From assembly GCF_041897805.1 (NCBI RefSeq), contig NZ_CP154825.1, forward strand, positions 4,786,024-4,850,023: a DNA stretch of 64,000 nucleotides, read 5' to 3'. Every line of letters starts with the position of its first letter. The first letter of the stretch is position 1. The translations under genes and the position numbers were made by a program. Shown piece after piece: positions 26,108 to 35,530 of the stretch. The notes below the pieces were generated by a model. The model worked only from the letters and a program-made list of their open reading frames with translations, did not search any database and had not been told where the DNA came from. This stretch comes from Actinokineospora auranticolor (GTDB lineage: Bacteria > Actinomycetota > Actinomycetes > Mycobacteriales > Pseudonocardiaceae).

Positions 26108-29100
26108 TCAGCGGTGGCCCGCGGCCCGGTCGATGGCGGCTTCGACGCGGTCGGCGAGGAGGCCGACGGCGCCGACGGCGCGGCTGATGGGGTCGTCGGT
26201 GCCGCCGCCGAGGGCTTGGGTGCGGAGGTAGGCCTTCTTCACTTCCGACCAACGTTCGGCCTGGTCCGGGGTCAGGCGGCCGCGGATCTCGGCCAGTTTC
26301 AGGAGGTTGGCCTCGGCGCCCGCGGTCAGGGTCTGGGCCTCGCCGCGGTAGTGGTCGTCGATGACGGCCTCCAGCTCGTCCTCGTTCATCGCCGGGACGA
26401 TGCGCTCGGCCAGCTTGTTCATGTTCCGGTAGGAACCCTGGAGGCCGAACGGCGGTTCCGTGCGGGACGGGTCCGCCTGGGCGGCCGAGGCGATGTAGGC
26501 GCGGTTGTTGTCCAGCACCACCCGCTGGACGCGGAGGAGTTTGCGCAGGACCGAGAGGATTTGCTCGACCTCGACGCCGGAGTACGGGTGGGCCAGCTGG
26601 TCCGCCCGGGCGCCGTCATCGCCCTGGGCCAAGCGGACGAACAACTCCACATCGGACCGCTCGCGGGTCGACAGCGGGGCCAGGACCGGGTTCGAGGTGA
26701 GCGAGTTCTCCACGTAGCTCAGCGCGAACAACTCTTCCCGGCCCGACAGCACGTCACCCAGGTTCCACACGTCCGCGCGGTTGGACAACATGTCCGGGAC
26801 GCGGAAGCGCTTACCGGACTCGGTGTACGGGTTGCCCGCCATGCACACCGCGAATCGCTTGCCGCGCATGTCGTACGTCCGGGTGCGCCCGTTCCACACC
26901 CCCTCGACGCGCCGCTGGGCGTCGCACAGGGAGATGAACTTCTGCAGCAGTTCCGGGTTGGTGTGCTGGATGTCGTCGACGTACAGCAGCGCGTTGTTGC
27001 CCAGCTCCAGCGCGAAATTGATCTTCTCGACCTCTTGCCGGGCCGTGGCATTGGGCGCGTCGGCCGGGTCGAACGACGTCACGCCGTGGCCCAGCGCCGG
27101 GCCGTTGACCTTGACGAAGACCAGGCCGAGGCGGTTCGCGACGTACTCCATCAGCGTCGTCTTGCCGTAGCCGGGCGGCGAGATCAGCAGCAGCAGGCCC
27201 ATCTGGTCGGTGCGCTTGTCCACTCCGGACGCGCCGAGCTGCTTGGCCAGGTTGTCGCCGATCAGCGGCAGGTAGACCTCGTCGAGCAACCGGTTGCGGA
27301 CGAACGCGCTCATCACCTTCGGCCGGTACTCGTCCAGCCGCAGCCGCCGCTTCTCCGCGGCGACCAGCTCGTTGCGCCTGCGCTGGTAGTCGCGGAAGCC
27401 GGGGACGCGCTCCAGCCGGAACCGCCGGGTGCGGTCCAGCAGGTCGTCCAGCCGCACGGGCAGCGCGCGGTCGACGACCCGGGGGTGCGCGCCGAGCAGG
27501 CCGTCGACCCGCTCGGCCAACGCCGCGGACGAGTCGTGCCGGGCCAGCAGGTCACCGCACAGCTCCAGCGCCACCGCTTCTGGAAGGTCCACATCGGACA
27601 TGTCGGTGGTCGCGAGGAACGCGCCCAACCACGCCGAGACCAGCTGGTGGCGCGCGTCGAGGTCGTCGCCGAGCGCGCGCAGGTCCTCGGCGTACGAGGT
27701 GTCCTTACCGCCGAGGGCGCGGTGGAACCGCTCGACCACGGTCCGCGCGCCCGCGCTGGTGACGAACCCGAACGGCGCGGACGCGAGTTCCTCGAACAGG
27801 TACTCCCCCACGGCCGCGTCGGGCGCGACCCGCAGGAAACCCGCCACCGCCGTGGTCAGTTCCCCGCACAGCTCGGCGATCGCGGCGGGCGGACCGAAGG
27901 CCGCGCGGGCCCTGGCCAGCGAGGACGCCCGCACCGACCACCGGTCCCTGGCGGCGGACTCCGCGCCGAACGCCCAGAACAGCTGCGCGGCGGCGCGAGC
28001 GGCGGGCGGGTAGCGCAGCAGACCCGCGCCCGCGTGCAGCCGCAGCAGGACGTCCAGGATCAGGGCCGCGTCGTGGTCGTGCACACCGCGCTCGTAGCCC
28101 TCGTCGTACCGCGACTCGGCGGCGGCGCGCACGGCCGCGAGCAGACCGCCGGACTCGACGGCCGCCGCGTGCAGCGCGTCCAGGTCACCGGTGGTCAGGA
28201 TCGCGGCGGCCAGGTGCTCGGCGCGGTAGACCTCGGGCGACTCGGAGACCAGCAGCTGGTCCCAGTACCCGCGCGTCTGGGCGAAGTCCGGGTCGGTGAC
28301 GGCCGCGCGGTAGTCCGTGCCGGTCACCGCGAAGGCCATGCCGCCGTCGTGCGGGACCAGGGTCAGGTCGAGCGGCTGGGTGTTGACGGCGAAGGCGTGC
28401 TTGCCGAACCGCAGGGTGTCGCCGCCGTCGGTGAACAGGTCGAGCCGGTCGCGCAGCGCGCGCCCCGCCTCCTGCCGGGCGGCCTTGAGCCTGCCCGCGA
28501 GCTCCTCGGCCCGCACCTGGTCGCCGATCTCGCGCAGGTCGTCGGTGACCGCGCGCAGCTTGGCGACCATCGGGTCCGAGGCGAAGTAGGTGTTGATGTC
28601 GTCCAGCGAGGCCAGAGTAGACAGTCTGCGTTGGACGCTGCCGAGCACCCGGTCCGCCGACTCGACCAGCCGGTCCGCGCGGCGGGCGCGCTCGTCGAGC
28701 AGCGCCTGCTTGCGCGAGGAGAACACCTCGTAGACGTCCGAGCGCTTCTCGCCGAGTTCGGTGAGGAAGTCGTCGAACTCGCCGAACCGCGACTCCAGGT
28801 TCTCCAGCCGGAGCATGAGCCTGCCGAGCTGGTCGTCGCAGCGCTGCGGCGTGTCGGCGACCGCGAGCGCGCCGGTGACCGCCTGGCCGAGCAGCGCGAA
28901 CTCGGCCGCGAACTCCGCCCGCCCCTCGGTGGCCAGCAGCTCCCCGCGCCGCGCGGCGAGCGTGGCGCGGGCCCGGTTGACCCCGCCCAGCACCTCGCCG
29001 ACGCGTTCCAGGATGGCGGTGCGCGCGGTGGCGTCGGCGATGTCGAGCGAACCGACCACGTCGGTGACGATCTCCAGCCCCTCGGCCTGTTCCGCGAGCC

Positions 29101-30991
29101 GCTCCCCCACCGGTCCGGCCTCGGCCACCGTGCCGATGGCCGCCGCGTCGGCCACGAGCCGGTCGACCTGCTCGTGGTAGCCCGCGAAGGCGTCCGCGCC
29201 ACCGAGGAAGGCCACCGCTCGCTGCCCGGCGGAGACCAGCTCGGCGGCCAGCTCCGCGGTCAACGAGTCCACTGTGGCCAGATCGAGGTACCGCCGCTCC
29301 CGCAGGGTGACGAGCCTGCCCTGGGCCCGCCGCAGGTCCGCGAGCTGGGCGACCCACCCGTCCGCCGACTTCGGCGCCGCGCCGCGCGCGGACCGCACCA
29401 GCGCGCCGACCTGGGCACCGGCCTCGGCGAGGGCGTCGGCGGCCTGGCGGGTGAGGGCCTGCACGGTCTCGAACTCGTCGAGCACCTGCTCGGCGGTGGA
29501 ACGCACCTGGGCCAGCGGTGTGCGCAGGTCACCGAGGTCGGCCTCGCCGAGCCAGTGGTAGTGGTCGAACACGCGCGCGCAGGTCGTGATCAGCGCCTCG
29601 AACACCGCGGTCGACGGGGCCATGTCGCCGACCATCTGGGCCACCGACAGGCAGTCGGAGATGCCGCGCACCAGGTCCGCGTTGCCGACCCGCTCCAGCG
29701 GCCCGGTGCCGACGGGCCGCGCGGCGGCGTAGGTGTCGGACAGGTAGGGCGTCTGCCAGACCTGCATGGGGTGCACGCGGGTGGGTTCCTCGGACGTCGC
29801 GCGGAACACCACGAGGGTGCCGTCGTCGAACAGCGAGTACCCGTGGCAGACCAGCGGGTTGGCCACTTCCTTGCGGATCACGTTGTAGGGCAGCAGAAGC
29901 GTGCGGCCCTCCTCGCGGGCGTGGAAGGCGTAGAGGACGTCCTCGCCGTTGGGCGAGCGGATGACGCGCTCGTACTCCAGGCTCGCCACCTCGGTGTCGA
30001 ACGTCTTGTGCACGCCGGTGGCCAGGTAGTAGCCGCCGGGGAAGATGATCCCCTGGTCCTCGGGGAGCCTGCGGCAGGCCTGGCCGATGCCGTCGAGGCG
30101 GACGACCGAGCGGGCGCGGGTGTCGAAGACCAGGTGCCGCCACTCGGTCTCGTTGTAGGGGCGGATCCGGAGGAGGATCAGCGAGCCGACCTCGGCGTAG
30201 TACACGTCCGCGTCGGCGAGGCTCTGCAACGGCTCGGCGACCGGTTCGGCGTAGATGCCCTCGCCGGTCTCGGTGTTGTTCTCGACCTTGACGGTCAGGT
30301 CGCCGCGCACGGTCTCCACGAAGACCTTGCCCAGGATGGAGATGTGCGGGAACCGGCCGAGCACGTGGTCGTCACGCGTGGTCTCGACCCACTCGAAGTC
30401 CTGCGCGGGCGGGAACACGTGGTCGCGTTCGCCGCGGTTGTCCGCATAGGACACCGCGCCGCCGGGGGCGATGTTCCAGCGCAGGACCTTCACGTCCTCG
30501 GTGCGCGGCCCGGTCTGGAACACCGCGAGCAGCTTGCCCTCGACGTGCCGCAGCTGCAGCAGCCTGGTCTCGCGGTAGTACCGGTACAGCTCGCCGAAGT
30601 CGCGCCGGAAACCCTCCCCGCGCAACAGCTCGGGCAGCTCGTCCGGCCCCGCCGCCTCGAAGCGGAACGCCTCGCCGTCGCGGGCGAAGCGGTGCAGGGA
30701 GAACACGTCGTCGACCGAGGTCTCCGGCTTGAGGCCGATGAACACGTTGTAGCCGAACAGCATCAGCCCGTCGACGGAGATGATGTCGCGCGGGACGCAG
30801 TTGTTCTCCGTGCGGATCCGCTCGGTGCCGACCAGCCGCAGCTCGGTGCCGCCGAACACGCGCAGCCGGTCGTCGTTGAGCGCCTCGGCCCGCCGGGCCA
30901 GCTCGGCGGCCTGCTCGCCGAGCCGGGCCCGCAGGACCTCGTAGGTACCGGCGTCGAGCGCGGGCCCGGTGGTCTCCGTGGTGTCGGTCAT
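26108..30991 (-). CDS. Giant (1627 aa) protein with C-terminal dynein-related/MoxR-like AAA (AAA_5) ATPase module
   Basis: Walker A LLLISPPGYGKTTLMEYV, Walker B ALLYVDDIQHTNPE, and AAA_5-type VCMAGNPYTESGKRFRVPDMLSNRADVW. A long α-helical/coiled-coil middle region and an N-terminal ~450-aa β-rich region. First Met is MTDTTETTGP. Confidence 0.8.
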   Translation of the reverse strand: MTDTTETTGPALDAGTYEVLRARLGEQAAELARRAEALNDDRLRVFGGTELRLVGTERIRTENNCVPRDIISVDGLMLFGYNVFIGLKPETSVDDVFSLHRFARDGEAFRFEAAGPDELPELLRGEGFRRDFGELYRYYRETRLLQLRHVEGKLLAVFQTGPRTEDVKVLRWNIAPGGAVSYADNRGERDHVFPPAQDFEWVETTRDDHVLGRFPHISILGKVFVETVRGDLTVKVENNTETGEGIYAEPVAEPLQSLADADVYYAEVGSLILLRIRPYNETEWRHLVFDTRARSVVRLDGIGQACRRLPEDQGIIFPGGYYLATGVHKTFDTEVASLEYERVIRSPNGEDVLYAFHAREEGRTLLLPYNVIRKEVANPLVCHGYSLFDDGTLVVFRATSEEPTRVHPMQVWQTPYLSDTYAAARPVGTGPLERVGNADLVRGISDCLSVAQMVGDMAPSTAVFEALITTCARVFDHYHWLGEADLGDLRTPLAQVRSTAEQVLDEFETVQALTRQAADALAEAGAQVGALVRSARGAAPKSADGWVAQLADLRRAQGRLVTLRERRYLDLATVDSLTAELAAELVSAGQRAVAFLGGADAFAGYHEQVDRLVADAAAIGTVAEAGPVGERLAEQAEGLEIVTDVVGSLDIADATARTAILERVGEVLGGVNRARATLAARRGELLATEGRAEFAAEFALLGQAVTGALAVADTPQRCDDQLGRLMLRLENLESRFGEFDDFLTELGEKRSDVYEVFSSRKQALLDERARRADRLVESADRVLGSVQRRLSTLASLDDINTYFASDPMVAKLRAVTDDLREIGDQVRAEELAGRLKAARQEAGRALRDRLDLFTDGGDTLRFGKHAFAVNTQPLDLTLVPHDGGMAFAVTGTDYRAAVTDPDFAQTRGYWDQLLVSESPEVYRAEHLAAAILTTGDLDALHAAAVESGGLLAAVRAAAESRYDEGYERGVHDHDAALILDVLLRLHAGAGLLRYPPAARAAAQLFWAFGAESAARDRWSVRASSLARARAAFGPPAAIAELCGELTTAVAGFLRVAPDAAVGEYLFEELASAPFGFVTSAGARTVVERFHRALGGKDTSYAEDLRALGDDLDARHQLVSAWLGAFLATTDMSDVDLPEAVALELCGDLLARHDSSAALAERVDGLLGAHPRVVDRALPVRLDDLLDRTRRFRLERVPGFRDYQRRRNELVAAEKRRLRLDEYRPKVMSAFVRNRLLDEVYLPLIGDNLAKQLGASGVDKRTDQMGLLLLISPPGYGKTTLMEYVANRLGLVFVKVNGPALGHGVTSFDPADAPNATARQEVEKINFALELGNNALLYVDDIQHTNPELLQKFISLCDAQRRVEGVWNGRTRTYDMRGKRFAVCMAGNPYTESGKRFRVPDMLSNRADVWNLGDVLSGREELFALSYVENSLTSNPVLAPLSTRERSDVELFVRLAQGDDGARADQLAHPYSGVEVEQILSVLRKLLRVQRVVLDNNRAYIASAAQADPSRTEPPFGLQGSYRNMNKLAERIVPAMNEDELEAVIDDHYRGEAQTLTAGAEANLLKLAEIRGRLTPDQAERWSEVKKAYLRTQALGGGTDDPISRAVGAVGLLADRVEAAIDRAAGHR

Positions 30992-30997
30992 CGGGTG

Positions 30998-33004
30998 CTA
31001 CAGGCTCGCGGCGAGGGCGGCCACCGGCTTGTCCGCCACCCCTAACCGCTGCGCGTGCCCGAGCAGCTCCCGGAGCTTGCCGGACTCGCCGCCGTCCGAG
31101 TTGATCATCTTGAGCAGCAGCGCCGACACGGTCAGGTTCTTCACGTCCTCGCTGCCGAGCGAGCCGAGCAGGCCGCGCAGGTCGTCGGTGAAGCTCGACG
31201 AACCGTCCAGCCACGGCCGGGCCAGCGTGCGCGCCGTCTCCGAGTGGTCCAGGAAGCCGTCGACGCTCTTGCCGAGCGACACCGCGCCGACGATCTTGTC
31301 GAAGAACATCGACTCGCCGCCGACGATGTCGATGTCGGCCTTCTCCAGCCCGGCGGCCAGCACCATCGCCTGCGCCTCGGCGACCTCGCGCTGCACGTCG
31401 ATCCCGCGCAGCCGCACCGAGGTGTCCGCCTCCAGCCGGAGCCGGTACTCCTCGTGCTCGCGGGTCGCGTCGTCCATCGCGGCGAGCGCGCCCGCCTTCT
31501 CTGACAGGCCCTCGGCCTCGCCCTTGAGCTTCTCCCGGATCGCGGCGGCCTCGACCATCGCCTTCTCGCGGGCGACAGCGGCCTCCGCGCGACCCACCTT
31601 CTCGATCGCGGCGGCGTCGCGCTCGCGCACCTGCACCTCGGCGAGCCCGGTCGCGGCGGCCCGGGCCTGCTCGCCCTCGGCGAGCCGGATCTGCGCGCGG
31701 GTGTCCAGCTCGGCGGCCTGCTGGCGGGCCTCGGCGAGCACGATCTCCTCGCGGGCCTTGTGCTTGGCGGCGGCCTCGGCCGCCTCCGCGGCCTTGATGT
31801 CCTTGACCAGGTTCTCCTGCGCGGCGGCCTCGGCGGCGATCACCAGCGCCTGGCGCCCGCGCTCGGCCTCCTCGACCGCGCGCAGCCGCTTGATGTTCTC
31901 CTCCTGCTCGGCCACCGTCCGGTCGACCGCGATCCGCTCCCGGACGACCTCGGCGACGGCGCGCTTCTCGCCCTCGACCTCCTTGTCCTTGGCGATCCGC
32001 GACAGCTCGGTCTCGCGCTCGCGGGAGATGACCTCCAGCAGCCGGTCCTTCTCGATCCGCTCGGTCTCGATCGCGATGACCCGCTCGCGGTTCTTCTGCG
32101 CGACGGCGATCTCGCGGGCCTGGTTCTCCGCCTGGATGCCGAGCGACTCGTCGGTGCGCAGGTTCGCGCCCTGGGCCTTGAGCCGCTCCTCGGCCTGCAC
32201 CTTCTGCGTCTCGGCCTCTTCCCGGGCGCGCATGGTGTCGATCTCGCGGCGCTGCTTGATCTCCGCGTCCGCCTGCCTGCGCTCGAGTTCGAGGATGGCC
32301 TCCCGGGCGTCGACGTTCTGCCGGGTGATCTCCTTCTCCTCGTTGCGCCGGTACTCGTTGGTGCGCACGTGCTCGACCGCGGTGAGTTCGGTGATCTTGC
32401 GGATGCCCTGGGCGTCGAGGATGTTCGCCGCGTCCAGCTGCGCCATCGGCGTCTGCTCCAGGTAGTCGATCGCCGCGTCCTCCAGGCTGTAGCCGTTGAG
32501 GTCGGTGCCGATCACCCGGATGATCTGGTCGCGGAACTCGTCGCGCTTGGTGTAGAGGTCGACGAAGTCCAGGTGCTTGCCGACGGTCTTGAGCGCCTCG
32601 GAGAACTTCGCGTTGAACAGCACCTGCAACGTCTGCTCGTCGCTGGCCCGCGCGGTGCCGATCGCCTGCGCCACCTTGATGACGTCCTCGACGGTCTTGT
32701 TGACCCGCACGAAGAACGTGATCCGGATGTCGGCGCGGATGTTGTCCCGGCAGATCAGCCCCTCGGTGCCCGCCCGGTTGATCTCGATGGTCTTCACCGA
32801 GATGTCCATGACCTCGGCCTTGTGCAGCACCGGGAGCACGACCGCGCCGGTGAAGGTCACGTCGACCTTCTTCACCTTCGACACGATCAGCGCCTTGCCC
32901 TGGTCGACCTTGCGGAACAGCCTGCCGATCAGGAACAGCAGGACGATGACGACGAGGAGGATGACGCCGAGCAGCACACCCAGCCCGGTGGAGATGACGT
33001 CCAT
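30998..33004 (-). CDS. Flotillin-family SPFH/band-7 protein (YqiK/FloT-like)
   Basis: N-terminal TM, then SPFH domain (…EINRAGTEGLICRDNIRADIRITFFVRV…). Long EA-rich coiled coil. 668 aa. Confidence 0.85.
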   Translation of the reverse strand: MDVISTGLGVLLGVILLVVIVLLFLIGRLFRKVDQGKALIVSKVKKVDVTFTGAVVLPVLHKAEVMDISVKTIEINRAGTEGLICRDNIRADIRITFFVRVNKTVEDVIKVAQAIGTARASDEQTLQVLFNAKFSEALKTVGKHLDFVDLYTKRDEFRDQIIRVIGTDLNGYSLEDAAIDYLEQTPMAQLDAANILDAQGIRKITELTAVEHVRTNEYRRNEEKEITRQNVDAREAILELERRQADAEIKQRREIDTMRAREEAETQKVQAEERLKAQGANLRTDESLGIQAENQAREIAVAQKNRERVIAIETERIEKDRLLEVISRERETELSRIAKDKEVEGEKRAVAEVVRERIAVDRTVAEQEENIKRLRAVEEAERGRQALVIAAEAAAQENLVKDIKAAEAAEAAAKHKAREEIVLAEARQQAAELDTRAQIRLAEGEQARAAATGLAEVQVRERDAAAIEKVGRAEAAVAREKAMVEAAAIREKLKGEAEGLSEKAGALAAMDDATREHEEYRLRLEADTSVRLRGIDVQREVAEAQAMVLAAGLEKADIDIVGGESMFFDKIVGAVSLGKSVDGFLDHSETARTLARPWLDGSSSFTDDLRGLLGSLGSEDVKNLTVSALLLKMINSDGGESGKLRELLGHAQRLGVADKPVAALAASL

Positions 33005-33008
33005 GCTT

Positions 33009-33635
33009 CTAGTCCCTTGGCCGTGGTTGGTCGCGGGGGTCCGCGAGGGGGGTCAGGTCGACCGGGGTGATCCAGAAGAACTCGCCCACCGGGTCGTAGT
33101 CGTGGATGACGGCGGTGCTGCCCGCCCGCAGCGGCTCCACTCCGGGCTGCCGGACCTGGATGACGGCGGAGGACCCGTCGACCGAGGTCACCTCGGCCTG
33201 CCCGAAGGTCCGGTCCACCGACCCGGTGCGCACGACGCACACCAGCCCGACGAAGTCCGCCCGCTTGGGCCCGGCGTCCTCCGGGAACGCCTTCCGCAAC
33301 GGGATGACGACAAGCCTGGTGACCAGCAGCGCGACCACCAGCACGACGACCAGGGCCACCGCGCGGGCGATGACCAGGAGGGCGCCCGCGAGGCCGAGGT
33401 CGTCGAGGAGCACGCCGGAGACCAGCGCGAGGAACCAGGCCACGACCGTCACCACGGACACGGCGACGGTCAGCGGCACGCCGCCCAGCCCGATGCCGTC
33501 GGGGTCCGGGGCACCGGGAAGGTCTATCTCGGACAGCCCGACGAGCACCAGCAGCCAGTAGCCGACGACCACGACGAGCAGGAAGCTGAACAGCACGGCC
33601 GGGAAGCTCAACGCCGCCCCGACGAACTCACCCAT
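33009..33635 (-). CDS. NfeD/YqiJ-like membrane protein (flotillin partner)
   Basis: Three or four TM helices, then a C-terminal OB-fold-like soluble domain (…GQAEVTSVDGSSAVIQVRQ…VIHDYDPVGEFFWITP). Strong RBS GAGGAGG. Lies immediately upstream of flotillin, as in the yqiJ–yqiK / nfeD–floT pair. Confidence 0.7.
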   Translation of the reverse strand: MGEFVGAALSFPAVLFSFLLVVVVGYWLLVLVGLSEIDLPGAPDPDGIGLGGVPLTVAVSVVTVVAWFLALVSGVLLDDLGLAGALLVIARAVALVVVLVVALLVTRLVVIPLRKAFPEDAGPKRADFVGLVCVVRTGSVDRTFGQAEVTSVDGSSAVIQVRQPGVEPLRAGSTAVIHDYDPVGEFFWITPVDLTPLADPRDQPRPRD

Positions 33636-34184
33636 CCAGCCTCCTCGTCACTGAGGGGAAATTACCCGGTGAACACCTCCCGGGTGGGGGGTTTCGGAAA
33701 ATTCGCTCAGCAGGCGAAGGATCGGTGGATCGTGTCCGTTTGTTCCGATTTCCCGACGCGGAGAGATCCTGTCCGGTCGCGGTCCGCCAAGGGCGAACGA
33801 CGCGCTTGCCGCGAATCGGTTTCACGTCATCGAACTGTCCGGAGTGGAGCACCCGGCGCGAGCCGGGCGGAACCACCCGGCTCGCGGGTGCGGGCGAGCC
33901 AGGTGGTGGCGTCCGATGGGCGGACGCGGGTGTCGATCGGCTCGTGCGCGGTGGGTCGCTCCCGACGCCTACGGTGTGGCCACTGTGGACACCGCGAACA
34001 GCGTGACGACCCGGTGGCGGCCCGCGCCCGCGCACCCCAGCCCGGTTCCGGTCGGCGACAAGACATGGCGTTCATTTTCCGATGGGAACCACCATTGTCC
34101 CGACCGGGTGGCGAGCAGGTGGTCGGACGAGGCGTCCGGCACCGACCGGGACCCGCTCCTTTCGCGTGGACTATCGCCGCCCGG

Positions 34185-35423
34185 CTACTCGGCGGCGGCC
34201 GCGGCCGTCCGCGGCCGGTGCACCGGGGCGGGCGGGTCGGTCGGCAGGTCGAGGAGGCGCAGGAGCGGGCCCGCCATGGCGGTGGTGACGATGGCCATCA
34301 CCACCATGACCGAGTACAGGCGCTGGTCCAGCATCCCCAGTCGCAGCCCGACGGACAGGATGATCAGTTCGGTCAGGCCCCGGGTGTTCATCAGCACCCC
34401 GAGCCCGGCGGCCTCCCTGGTCGGCATGCCGTTGAGCCGCGCGGCGGCGAAGGCACCGCCCAGTTTCCCGGTGACGGCGGCCACGAGGACCAGCGCCAGC
34501 TCCAGCACGCCGGTGGCGCCGATGGCCGACAGGTCCACCTTGAGCCCCGCCACGATGAAGAACACCGGCAGCAACAACGTCCCGTTGAACAGGTCGATCC
34601 GCTCGACCACCGACTCGCGCAGCCTGCTGGTCCCCTCGTGCGGGACCACCACGCCGAACAGGAACGCGCCGAAGATGAAGTGCAGGCCGATCCACTCCGT
34701 GGCGGCGCCGGAGAGCAGCAGACCCGCGATCAGGATCGACAGGGCCACCGAGGTCGGCACGCGGTCGGTGAGCACCTTGCGCAGCAGTGGGCGGACCAGC
34801 CAGAGCATCACCACGAGGTAGGCCGGACCCCAGAGGAACAACCACTGTCCACCGCCGCCGGAAACCAGGACGACGACGGCGAGCAGGCACCAGGCGAGCA
34901 GGTCGCCCGCCGCGGCGCACACCAGGGCGATGCCGCCCACGGGGGTCCTCGACAGGCCGCGGTCGGCGAGGATCCGGGCCAGCACGGGGAACGCCGTCAC
35001 CGACATCGCCGCGCCGATGAACAGGACGAACCCGAGCCGGTGCGGCGCCGTGTGGTTGCCCACGAGGTACAGGGCCAGCAGCGCGCCCAGCGCGAACGGC
35101 AGCGCGATCGAGGCGAGGGACACCGCGGTCGCGAGTTTCCCCTTGCCGCGCAACAGGGCGCGGTCCAGCTCGACGCCGATGCCGAACATGAACACCGCCA
35201 CGCCCACGTTGGCCAGGGTGGACAGCAGTGGGCGGACGTCGGCGGGGAACAGCACGTCGGTCACGCCGGTGCCGAGCAGGCTCGGGCCGATCAGCACACC
35301 GGCCAGGATCTCGCCGATGACCGCGGGTTGCCCCAGGCGCCGGGCGAGGGCGCCGACCAGGCGGGCGAGCGCGACGACGACGGCCAGGTCCAAGAACAGG
35401 AAGACGGTCTGATGCGTGGTCAT
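34185..35423 (-). CDS. Cation:proton antiporter (CPA2/Kef-type)
   Basis: 12–13 TM helices. Na_H_Exchanger-like motifs (AGVLIGPSLLG, FLFGVVVP). ATG at 35423 with GGGGAG RBS is preferred over the upstream GTG at 35453. Confidence 0.8.
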   Translation of the reverse strand: MTTHQTVFLFLDLAVVVALARLVGALARRLGQPAVIGEILAGVLIGPSLLGTGVTDVLFPADVRPLLSTLANVGVAVFMFGIGVELDRALLRGKGKLATAVSLASIALPFALGALLALYLVGNHTAPHRLGFVLFIGAAMSVTAFPVLARILADRGLSRTPVGGIALVCAAAGDLLAWCLLAVVVLVSGGGGQWLFLWGPAYLVVMLWLVRPLLRKVLTDRVPTSVALSILIAGLLLSGAATEWIGLHFIFGAFLFGVVVPHEGTSRLRESVVERIDLFNGTLLLPVFFIVAGLKVDLSAIGATGVLELALVLVAAVTGKLGGAFAAARLNGMPTREAAGLGVLMNTRGLTELIILSVGLRLGMLDQRLYSVMVVMAIVTTAMAGPLLRLLDLPTDPPAPVHRPRTAAAAAE

Positions 35424-35470
35424 GATCTCCCCCAGGGATCTCTCCCCGGACACGATGGCAGACGCGGGTG

Positions 35471-35508
35471 CCCCGCGGTACGACGATGCCGTCGTACCGC
35501 GGGGTTTT
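35471..35508 (+). terminator. Perfect 15-bp stem / 4-nt loop hairpin followed by TTTT
   Basis: CCCCGCGGTACGACG-ATGC-CGTCGTACCGCGGGG-TTTT. Lies between the end of the flavoprotein operon and the start of the antiporter gene, both on the minus strand. Confidence 0.4.
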
Positions 35509-35530
35509 CCGTGCGAACGTCAGGCGGGCG

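Noticed and set aside
25676-31045. 1789-aa plus-strand ORF
   Set aside because: Antisense to the giant AAA_5 gene and the hypothetical gene. Low-complexity R/G/A/V composition.
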